Positions 30,804-38,242 of a DNA stretch of 38,242 nt are shown piece after piece (the stretch's first letter is position 1; every line of letters starts with the position of its first letter). Below the pieces are notes generated by a model. The model had not been told where the DNA came from, did not search any database, and saw nothing but the letters and a program-made list of their open reading frames with translations. The stretch comes from Candidatus Woesearchaeota archaeon (GTDB lineage: Archaea > Nanobdellota > Nanobdellia > Pacearchaeales > GW2011-AR1): NCBI GenBank assembly GCA_964383885.1, contig CAYLHY010000002.1, positions 1-38,242 of the forward strand. The letters are read 5' to 3'. A program made the translations under genes and the position numbers.

Positions 30804-32102
30804 TTAATTTATAATCTTTAATTCAATTATACTCATTTCTTTCATTCTTTTTTTATTATTTTTTTTCCAGCTTTTAAGAAAATCCTTTATTGTAAAGTTT
30901 ATTTTATCTTTTGCATAGATTTTATTCTTTTTAACAAAAAATTTTGATTTTTTATGAGCTTTTTTAAAAGTCTTTACACTTTCTTTGTCATTTAAAAAAG
31001 GTCCTTGAGAAATAATATATTTTTTTGATTTAACAATAAAATAATATTCTGCAGATTTTTTTCCATTATAATTGAATTCTTTCTTTTTTATTTCAAAATA
31101 TTTCAAAATCTCTTTTTCCAGATGTTTGAAAAATTTCAATAATTTGCTTCCTGCTATGTCTCCTTCTTGTTTATTTGTTCTTGCCTTAAGAATTAACATT
31201 TCTAAAGAATATTTTCTCGCATAATTTTTTAATTCTTTTAAATTTAGTTTTTTTTCTTCAAAAAATTTAATGCTTGGTTTTTTCAGAAACTTCTTGCAGA
31301 GAGTTTGAAATTTCTTGAAAGTTTCATAAGATAATGCAGCTAAAGCATTTCTTTGTTTGTAAGTAGGATCCACTAAAATAATCGGAGATGAAAGCTTTGA
31401 GGCATTCATATCTATTAAAACTCTGTTTTTATTTGGGTAGTGTCTTTCAATGTCAATGATTGTTTTTTCTTTAATGTTTATTTTGCTCATTGCTTTTATA
31501 AATCTCAAGAATCCTTTGTAGTAATAAATTAAAAGCTCTAAACCATATCCAGAAAAACCATTAATATATGACTCAGCTCCATAAACTCTGTTTGCATGGC
31601 AAAAAGCTTTAGCTATTTTTATTTCGTTTTTTAATTTTTCATTTTTAATTTTCCTCTTTATGTATTTAACATGACTGTATGATAAATCTGTTATGTTTTC
31701 TGCTTCCTTAGGAGAAGAGATTTTTAACACAGGAATTAATTCAATAAAAAAATCTTTTCTTTGCTGAATTCTAAAGTAATCTCTTGAACCATGAATTTTT
31801 ATGAAATTTATTTTTAATGATTTTATTATTTTCTGAAGTAAATTAGAAATATCAACATTAGCTTTATTATAAATTCTGTCAAACCTAACAAAAATGTCAA
31901 TGTCATAAACATCTTTTTTAATCATTGTTCCTTTTGCAAAACTTCCTCCAATAAAAACCTCTGCTTTAATTTTTTGTTTTTTAATTTCTTTTTCAAATTT
32001 TTTGAGAAAATTTTTAAGGGAGTTGCTTATAAATTTTAGATCTTTTTCAGGAGGATTTATTTTTTCTAAAACCTCTTTTAAAATTTTAGGAATTCCATTC
32101 AT
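30804..32102 (-). CDS. cca: CCA-adding enzyme (archaeal class I tRNA nucleotidyltransferase)
   Basis: EVFIGGSFAKGTMIKKDVYDIDIFVRF (G[SG]...DxD), KIAKAFCHANRVYGAESYINGFSGYGLELLI and ILVDPTYKQRNALAAL are collinear with archaeal CCA enzymes. This fits the tRNA-Phe gene lacking an encoded CCA. Confidence 0.85.
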   Translation of the reverse strand: MNGIPKILKEVLEKINPPEKDLKFISNSLKNFLKKFEKEIKKQKIKAEVFIGGSFAKGTMIKKDVYDIDIFVRFDRIYNKANVDISNLLQKIIKSLKINFIKIHGSRDYFRIQQRKDFFIELIPVLKISSPKEAENITDLSYSHVKYIKRKIKNEKLKNEIKIAKAFCHANRVYGAESYINGFSGYGLELLIYYYKGFLRFIKAMSKINIKEKTIIDIERHYPNKNRVLIDMNASKLSSPIILVDPTYKQRNALAALSYETFKKFQTLCKKFLKKPSIKFFEEKKLNLKELKNYARKYSLEMLILKARTNKQEGDIAGSKLLKFFKHLEKEILKYFEIKKKEFNYNGKKSAEYYFIVKSKKYIISQGPFLNDKESVKTFKKAHKKSKFFVKKNKIYAKDKINFTIKDFLKSWKKNNKKRMKEMSIIELKIIN

Positions 32103-32158
32103 TTTAATTTAATTTTAATTTACATTTCTTTTGATATTACATAATAATGCAATAATGC

Positions 32159-32166
32159 TTTTAAAT
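32159..32166 (+). promoter_or_regulatory. TATA-like box for the 32189 ORF
   Basis: TTTTAAAT lies 23-30 nt upstream of the ATG at 32189. Confidence 0.35.
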
Positions 32167-32188
32167 TATTGTTATTTTTATTTTTTAC

Positions 32189-32626
32189 ATGTCTGTTAGA
32201 AAAGCAGGGTATCCTTTATTTAGAGTACCAATTTTAGATTATTTTGTAGACTTAGATGAATCAAATAATCTTGTTGTCAGAAGCAGAGAATCTTCATTAA
32301 TAGTAGAAGCATTAGATGAAGAATCAGCAATAAAAGAAGCAAGAACTCATCATTGTTATATTGAAAATTTTATTAAACTTGAACCTGAATCAAGGACAGA
32401 TATCCTTCCATTTAAAATTGATTTTTCTAGAAAGATTCATCATGTTCATTATTGTCATTTAAGATATGTAGATGAAGAGGGAAATTATGTTTGTGAAGCT
32501 TTTGATTTTAAAGAATTTTGCTGCATTGAACAAGAGAGTGATTTTTTAATGAGAACTTCACTTCCTGATTTTGAAGGATGCCCTTATTATCCTATTGACT
32601 CCCAACTTTTTCTATCTGATTTTTAA
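32189..32626 (+). CDS. Hypothetical acidic Cys/His-containing protein (orphan)
   Basis: 145-aa ATG ORF that fills an otherwise ~490-nt gap, with a TATA-like box at the canonical distance. Its 3' end overlaps the convergent Zn-ribbon gene by 35 nt. No family recognised. Confidence 0.45.
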   Translation: MSVRKAGYPLFRVPILDYFVDLDESNNLVVRSRESSLIVEALDEESAIKEARTHHCYIENFIKLEPESRTDILPFKIDFSRKIHHVHYCHLRYVDEEGNYVCEAFDFKEFCCIEQESDFLMRTSLPDFEGCPYYPIDSQLFLSDF

Positions 32627-32987
32627 AAGTAGTTGCTAAGTCAATTATGTATTTTCCTTCTTCAAGTTTATAAATTAAAGGCCTGTCTTTTCTGAATAAA
32701 TTAACTATATCAATTTCAAATTTGCCGTCTCCTATTGCCCTCACTGATTCAAAATCTAAAATTACTGGAGCATTTTCATCTGTAATTCCTGCTATTTCCC
32801 TTATATCTTTTTCAATTGCTTTTTTCTCTTCTTTTGGTATCTCTAAAACAGGACTTTCTTTTAATTTCTTAAATTGTTCATCTCTTATGTAAAAAAAGAA
32901 ATGACTTCCGCATTGGCTGCACCCTTCTAATAATTCTTTGCTTCCTGCAGCGTATATTTTTCCGCAATGAACGCATTGATGAGGCAT
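32592..32987 (-). CDS. Zn-ribbon protein (DUF2072-like), third gene of the GTPase triad
   Basis: The N-terminus is CVHCGKIY...CSQCGSHFFFY, a CxxC...CxxC ribbon, in a 131-aa protein. It lies downstream of the DUF2073-like gene. Confidence 0.6.
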   Translation of the reverse strand: MPHQCVHCGKIYAAGSKELLEGCSQCGSHFFFYIRDEQFKKLKESPVLEIPKEEKKAIEKDIREIAGITDENAPVILDFESVRAIGDGKFEIDIVNLFRKDRPLIYKLEEGKYIIDLATTFKNQIEKVGSQ

Positions 32988-33043
32988 AATTAGGAAAGAA
33001 TATCATGGCTTATAAATTTTTGTATATCTTCCATTGCTTTAAT

Positions 33044-33460
33044 TTACTTGTTCAAAAGCAATTCAATTTTTTTGGGATTTCTTTTAATTTCCTTAACAAT
33101 GCTTGCAGGCCCTATTATTGTAACTGCTCCTAAATCTCCTCCAGAAATAGCATTAGCTACGTTATTTCTTATTTTATTAAACCATCCTATAATTCCCTGT
33201 TCATTGGAGTTTCCAGAAATAACAGCTAATTCTATACCTTTAAAATTTCTAACATGCCCTATCATTGCCATAGTATCTCCTATAAGTCTTGTTTCTTCTT
33301 CTGGTTTTAATCTTCCTTGAATAATTAAGATGTTATTTCCTAAAACTATGTCTAGAATTTTCTTTATTCTTGCATTGCTGTTTAAATCACGTATTTCTGA
33401 ATAAGGCATGAACTGAATTGCAAAACCTCTTATTTTTTTCACCTTCTTTTTCTTTGCCAT
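33044..33460 (-). CDS. DUF2073-like protein
   Basis: IQFMPYSEIRDLNSNARIKKILDIVLGNNILIIQGRLKPEEETRLIGDTMAMI resembles the DUF2073 pattern (..ekI..IL..V..g.ILvle.gL.PeEE..LIe.TM..I). This is recalled from memory, not searched. Confidence 0.55.
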   Translation of the reverse strand: MAKKKKVKKIRGFAIQFMPYSEIRDLNSNARIKKILDIVLGNNILIIQGRLKPEEETRLIGDTMAMIGHVRNFKGIELAVISGNSNEQGIIGWFNKIRNNVANAISGGDLGAVTIIGPASIVKEIKRNPKKIELLLNK

Positions 33461-33499
33461 ATTTATATAATGTAGTATATATTTTTAATTGTTGCTAAA

Positions 33500-34141
33500 T
33501 TATATTTTTTTTGAATATCTGAAAATAGCCTCATAAAAATCCTCCATATTTTTCCCGTATTTCGCACTTATTCCAATAGTTTCGTACTCAGGAAATGCAG
33601 CTGCAACTTTTTTTACATCTGCTTTTTTTAAGTCAATTTTATTAGCTACTATCAACACAGGTATTTTTCTAGCTACTAAATTTCCTATTATTGTTATATT
33701 AACTTGATTGTATGGGTTTTGAGTGGCATCCAACACCACAACAACTAAATTCATATCATCAAGCCATTTGATACTTTCAACAACTCCTTGGGTTGCTTCT
33801 TTTGCTCTTTTTTTAGCTTCTTTTTTCTTCATCTTATACTTCAAGAAATCTTCATAGTCAATTCTTGTTGCAATTCCAGGAGTATCAACTAGTTTAAAAG
33901 TCATTTTCTTGCCTTTATACTCTATCTCAACTTTTTCTTTGAACTGAACTGTTCTTGTTTCATGAGGGATTTTGCTTATAGTTCCTATTTCTTCTCCAGT
34001 AAAATCCTTGCATATTCTGTTAGCTAAAGAAGTTTTCCCTGCATTTGGGGGTCCGTAAAACCCCAATTTTATCTCTTTTTTGTCTTTAAAAATAGTATTA
34101 AAAATTCCCTTGAAAAAATTCTTAAAAATTTTAATCACCAT
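33500..34141 (-). CDS. Small GTP-binding protein (Era/Obg-like TRAFAC GTPase)
   Basis: G1 is GPPNAGKTSL, G3 is VDTPG, G4 is ANKID and G5 is ISAK, in a 213-aa protein. Confidence 0.8.
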   Translation of the reverse strand: MVIKIFKNFFKGIFNTIFKDKKEIKLGFYGPPNAGKTSLANRICKDFTGEEIGTISKIPHETRTVQFKEKVEIEYKGKKMTFKLVDTPGIATRIDYEDFLKYKMKKKEAKKRAKEATQGVVESIKWLDDMNLVVVVLDATQNPYNQVNITIIGNLVARKIPVLIVANKIDLKKADVKKVAAAFPEYETIGISAKYGKNMEDFYEAIFRYSKKI

Positions 34142-34215
34142 ATTATTTTTTGAAATTTTTAGTTTATTAAAGTTTGTATGTTTGAGTGTCTATTTTTTTG
34201 CTTTTTCTGAAAATT

Positions 34216-36990
34216 TTAAAATCTTCCTCTGAAAAATCTCCTTCTAGATGATGCAGGTAAATTGAATCTTTTAGCAGGAAGAGTTTGAGGAGATTGAGGT
34301 GCTTTTCCTTGAACAGGCTTTCCAGGTTTCCCAGGTTTTCCTATAGATTTAATTCCCTTAAACCAGTTGATTATTTTTTCTACAGGAATAATCTCAATCA
34401 TTCCTGTTCTTTTTCCAAGATACTTTTTTAATACATAACTAATTTGTTCTGATGTCCATCCTTGTTTTTTTAATTTTTTAATCATTTCTTTTTCATTTGC
34501 ACCTTTTTCTTTTTGAACATGAATGTAATTAATTAAATTAAACAAATAATTTCTGTCTTTAAATAAATAAGTTTCATATTTTGTCTTATACCAGTATTGA
34601 AGAACAGCATATATAATCATGCTTACAAAAATCAAAAGCAACATCAAGAGTATAAATAATGCCCATTTTATTCCTTTTTTTTCTTCAGGAGCTATTTCTA
34701 AAATTTCTATCTCGTCCAAAGAAGGAGAAATAAATACCGGAAGTTCTGTAAAAGAAATATCCTCAGAGATTGAAAATATAATTACATTATCTGGTTTCAG
34801 CCTTATTATGTAATATCCATTTGATTCCTGTTCATTGTAATCTTTATCAAAAAGAGTGTTTAAATCTCTTATAAATAAATAATAAACTGCTTCAGGAGAG
34901 GAGAGTTCTTTTATTTGAAGTTCAAAAACATTAACTAAATTTTCTGAATATCCTTCATACTGGGCATTTATTTGCGTGTATTTTATTTTTGTTGTTAAAT
35001 AATTTGCATTCCATTCAAGAACTCCTTGTTTATATTCATCAATTTTATCTATTGAATAATCCCCTCCTGCTATTTCTGATATGATATTTAAATCAATGTT
35101 ATCAATAGAAGGATAAAAATTAATGTTTCCAGTAGTTAATCCATAAACAATTGACTCTGGAACTTTTAAATTTAGCAATTCTTCAATTATGGGATAATAA
35201 TCAGATTCTGTTGTTGCTTGTGCATAAGCTTTTTGCAATTCTATTAATTTTTCATTTAATTCATTGATATTGATTTGTTGTTTTATGCTTTTTTGATAAA
35301 AAACAGGAAAGTTGTTTATTTGATTAGTAATGTTTTCAAGATTATCCTGCATTTTTAATAACTTCTCTTCAATAACTGCCCTTGGAGTTCCTACGTTCAC
35401 GTAAAATTCTTTAGAAGATTTTTTTCCATTAGAATCTGTAACAGTTATTTCCACTCTGTAACCTGGAGCAGTTTTAATTCCTGGAAAAGAGTATTCTAGT
35501 TCAGGAGAAGTTGTTGTTTTAGTTACATTATCAATATTCCATTTGTAGTTAACTATGCTTGCATTATCTGCTAATTTAACATTTACTTTTAATTTTGTAG
35601 GAAAACCTGACACAGTTAATAATGGGCTTAAACTTAGTATTTCAGGAACATTTTCAATCACAATTTCATCTTTAAAAATTTCTGAATCATCTAAGCTTAA
35701 TTTGTATGAATAATTGCCAAATATGCTTGGAAGAGTAAAATTAGCATTATCTAATGAAATTTTTAAAAAACCATTAGAATTAATCTGAGCAAGCCCCTCA
35801 GTTAAATCATAAAAATTATTTTCTTTTGTTAAAACTCCGTCTTCTAATTTATAATTAATACTTAAATTTTTAAGAGTTATATTTTGATTTGAGTTTGAAG
35901 AAATTACAATAGGAATAACACAAGTATCTGTACAATTAAGATTCCCATTGTATTTTTCACTGATATACTCTTTTAAGGATTCTGATAAAGTTTTTTCTGA
36001 GTCAAGATTATTTTTTATTTCAATTGTTCCTACTGAATCAAACTGAAATCCTTTAACAAAAAAATCAAATGCATAATCTTCTGGGTTTATAGACTCAGAA
36101 TAATAAAATCCACATCCTTCTTCATCATCTGCTTTTTTATATCCTCTTATGCTTGTTATTCCATTTTCTCTAGAACTTAAACACAAATAATAATCTTTTT
36201 CTGAAGTAGCATAATTCATTTCACAGCCATCAAAGCCTTCAAAATTTTCTCCAACTGAAAAACTGCAACTTGTTTTTGAATTGAAATTCTCATCATAAAG
36301 TCGTATTGTAATTTCATCATCTCCTGAACTTTTAAGCCACGCATTTGCTGTAAATTTCGGACTTTCAGGAATTGTTATTCTTTGGCAATATGATCCTACG
36401 TCATCTAAGTAATATTCTTGAAGTTCTGATTCTGATTTTGTTTCATCAAAACATCCGTCATTTCTATCTCCTTCGCATACAGAAGAAGTGCTTTTATTAT
36501 TCATTACAACAAGACTAGAATCTTCAAAAAAATAAACTTTTAACTGATTTTTGCAGCTTGGAGAAGCATCACTGCTTATATTAAATCTGATTGAATTAAT
36601 TTCTTTTAAATCGATATCTGTGAATTTAAAACCAATTACTTTTTTTTCTCCTGCATTAAGTGCAAAGGATTTTTCTTTTTCAGGGTTTTCTGCAAGAAAA
36701 TTTCTTCTGCAATCTTTTGGTATGCAGAAAAAATCAATGTCTTGTTTTAGATTAGAACTTTTTAAAAAATCCATTAAGGATATAGAATTTCCTAAATTAT
36801 CATTTAAAACAGAATTAACTGGCTGATTTTCTAAACTTATATTTATCCATCCTTTTAGATTTTTTCCAGGAGAATATGTTTTTATAATGCTGTAAGAAAG
36901 ATTGCCTTTTGAAAAATCACTTAAAACTACGTTGGAATTTAAAATTATAAAAAACATTAATAGTGCTGATAAAAACAATAATTTCTTCAT
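34216..36990 (-). CDS. Large surface protein with a PKD-like domain, a C-terminal TM anchor and a basic Pro-rich cytoplasmic tail
   Basis: The track ORF extends to 37017. I prefer the ATG at 36990 (MKKLLFLSALLMFFIILNSNVVLS) because AGAGGT lies 4-9 nt upstream of it. The PKD-like segment is YKWNIDNVTKTTTSPELEYSFPGIKTAPGYRVEITVTDSNGKKSSKEFYVNV (about nt 35389-35625). The TM helix is WALFILLMLLLIFVSMIIYAVL. The tail is ...EKIINWFKGIKSIGKPGKPGKPVQGKAPQSPQTLPAKRFNLPASSRRRFFRGRF. Confidence 0.75.
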   Translation of the reverse strand: MKKLLFLSALLMFFIILNSNVVLSDFSKGNLSYSIIKTYSPGKNLKGWINISLENQPVNSVLNDNLGNSISLMDFLKSSNLKQDIDFFCIPKDCRRNFLAENPEKEKSFALNAGEKKVIGFKFTDIDLKEINSIRFNISSDASPSCKNQLKVYFFEDSSLVVMNNKSTSSVCEGDRNDGCFDETKSESELQEYYLDDVGSYCQRITIPESPKFTANAWLKSSGDDEITIRLYDENFNSKTSCSFSVGENFEGFDGCEMNYATSEKDYYLCLSSRENGITSIRGYKKADDEEGCGFYYSESINPEDYAFDFFVKGFQFDSVGTIEIKNNLDSEKTLSESLKEYISEKYNGNLNCTDTCVIPIVISSNSNQNITLKNLSINYKLEDGVLTKENNFYDLTEGLAQINSNGFLKISLDNANFTLPSIFGNYSYKLSLDDSEIFKDEIVIENVPEILSLSPLLTVSGFPTKLKVNVKLADNASIVNYKWNIDNVTKTTTSPELEYSFPGIKTAPGYRVEITVTDSNGKKSSKEFYVNVGTPRAVIEEKLLKMQDNLENITNQINNFPVFYQKSIKQQININELNEKLIELQKAYAQATTESDYYPIIEELLNLKVPESIVYGLTTGNINFYPSIDNIDLNIISEIAGGDYSIDKIDEYKQGVLEWNANYLTTKIKYTQINAQYEGYSENLVNVFELQIKELSSPEAVYYLFIRDLNTLFDKDYNEQESNGYYIIRLKPDNVIIFSISEDISFTELPVFISPSLDEIEILEIAPEEKKGIKWALFILLMLLLIFVSMIIYAVLQYWYKTKYETYLFKDRNYLFNLINYIHVQKEKGANEKEMIKKLKKQGWTSEQISYVLKKYLGKRTGMIEIIPVEKIINWFKGIKSIGKPGKPGKPVQGKAPQSPQTLPAKRFNLPASSRRRFFRGRF

Positions 36991-37035
36991 TGAACCTCTT
37001 TTTTTCATTAAAAGCATGTTCTTAAAACATAGCTT

Positions 37036-38100
37036 TTATTCCTTATAAATTTTTACAATTCTATTGGATTTTTTAATATTCAAGAATACGTATCCTAAAA
37101 TAATGATGCTGATTGATGCAAGTATTCCATAAAAAGTTAAAAAAGGAAGTCTTAATTTTGCTGGACAAGGAATTGGCTGGGTTTCCCAAGGTTCGCAGTT
37201 AGGGTCAGGAGAAATGTATTTAATTGTAAAGAATTGTTCTCCTCCTTCGCATGAACTTTTAATTTCCATAGAAGCAGGATAATTGCATGTAATTTCTTCT
37301 ACTTCTTCACATGTTTCTGGGTTTAAAGGATGCTCTTTTTGAGTGATTGATTGACTGCACATTCCATTTATCCAAGCACAACTTCCTTCATGAGTTAAGA
37401 AACATCCTTCTGAATATTCTTCATCAGGAGGAAGATTTTTATTGCCAACTGATTCAGGATCAAGAGTGCAGTTTTCTTCATCAAGATAATCAGAACACGA
37501 AGTTATTTCAGGAGCTTCTTCTTCATAAGTTATGTTTATTTTTAAGTCATTGCTTGTTATTCCATTAATTGTAAAATACAAAACACCTAATTCATCTATT
37601 GTTGATTCTTCATCCATTCCTCCATATGCATTCTCTAAATTTGTTGAATCAATTGTCCATGTTGCATTGCAGTTATTATTTTCATCCACTACACAAGTTA
37701 TGCTTCCTAAATCATCATCATTTAAAGTGTCACTTTCTTTAATGTTAAGAGTTAATTCTGTTCCTGCATCTATATTAATATTTTTTACAACTAAAAAAAC
37801 TTCTTTTCCAATTGTTGGATCAAGATTAAGAACTTCTTGATATTTATTTATGCCATCTAAACTCCAAAAAGCTTCTGGTTCGTAAGTGCAATCAGGGTCT
37901 ACAATTCCTGAACAATCTGCTCCGTAATTACTTGGACAAATGTTATCATCATCTCCGCAATTATAACATACTCCGTTAATATAAACTCCATGTATTCCTT
38001 CATTATTAGGATCACATACTGGATGATAAGCTGAAATAAATCCAATGTTTAAAAGCATAATACTAATTAATATACTAACAATAAACACCCTCTTTTTCAT
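37036..38100 (-). CDS. Cys-rich surface protein with a C-terminal TM anchor
   Basis: The track ORF extends to 38148. I prefer the ATG at 38100 (MKKRVFIVSILISIMLLNIGFISA) because TTTATAAA lies 22-29 nt upstream of it. The Cys-dense N-terminal part is CDPNNEGIHGVYINGVCYNCGDDDNICPSNYGADCSGIVDPDC. A second Cys-rich region lies near the C-terminus. The TM helix is FYGILASISIIILGYVFL. Confidence 0.7.
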   Translation of the reverse strand: MKKRVFIVSILISIMLLNIGFISAYHPVCDPNNEGIHGVYINGVCYNCGDDDNICPSNYGADCSGIVDPDCTYEPEAFWSLDGINKYQEVLNLDPTIGKEVFLVVKNINIDAGTELTLNIKESDTLNDDDLGSITCVVDENNNCNATWTIDSTNLENAYGGMDEESTIDELGVLYFTINGITSNDLKINITYEEEAPEITSCSDYLDEENCTLDPESVGNKNLPPDEEYSEGCFLTHEGSCAWINGMCSQSITQKEHPLNPETCEEVEEITCNYPASMEIKSSCEGGEQFFTIKYISPDPNCEPWETQPIPCPAKLRLPFLTFYGILASISIIILGYVFLNIKKSNRIVKIYKE

Positions 38101-38121
38101 GTTATAATTTAGAATTTGAGT

Positions 38122-38129
38122 TTTATAAA
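38122..38129 (-). promoter_or_regulatory. TATA box (TTTATAAA) for the 38100 gene
   Basis: It lies 22-29 nt upstream of the ATG at 38100, with no Shine-Dalgarno-like sequence in between. This suggests a leaderless or near-leaderless transcript. Confidence 0.45.
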
Positions 38130-38242
38130 GTTTTATACTGAAAAACAAGAGTGAAAAATAAAAGTCTTTTCAAACTCTTTTGTAACAACTCTAAAAGTTC
38201 ATCTAATTTAATAAGATTAAATCTAAAAAATCTTTTGTTTTA

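Noticed and set aside
33048-37840. Plus-strand ORFs 33048-33320, 34619-34813, 36551-36826, 37347-37568 and 37532-37840.
   Set aside because: These are shadows of the DUF2073-like gene and the two large surface protein genes.

Overview
AT-rich, very gene-dense archaeal fragment; many neighbouring genes overlap or are under 20 nt apart. The archaeal assignment rests on PCNA, a single-chain PriS-PriL primase, a RecJ/GAN-like DHH nuclease, eL31/eL39/eS19, Cbf5, TrmY, proteasome beta, aCPSF1, a class I CCA-adding enzyme, a TrmB regulator and an Hjc-like resolvase. Small proteins, form III RuBisCO, a ComEA-like receptor and many Cys-rich surface proteins suggest a reduced, DPANN-like, possibly host-attached archaeon; that lineage call is inference only. 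I call 43 CDS (one of them, at the left edge, is absent from the ORF track), one tRNA-Phe(GAA) and one LAGLIDADG intein inside the primase. I also call a 24-bp perfect palindromic operator candidate ahead of an MNT/HEPN pair, a tandem ~45-nt repeat beside the tRNA, and an exact in-frame 27-nt direct repeat inside a presenilin-like protease gene. I saw no rRNA, CRISPR array, transposase or integrase. Best leads: (1) a tight operon of form III RuBisCO, an ABC exporter, a Nudix-NFACT-R (DUF814) fusion and YhbY; (2) three loci of secreted or anchored proteins that share a Cys-rich stalk module, two of which also share a cytoplasmic tail motif; (3) an intein splitting the primase catalytic motif; (4) an overlapping operon of an Hjc-like nuclease, a doubly anchored ComEA-like protein and an unknown protein; (5) a GTPase/DUF2073-like/Zn-ribbon triad of unknown function. 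All family assignments come from motif recognition by eye; no searches were run.
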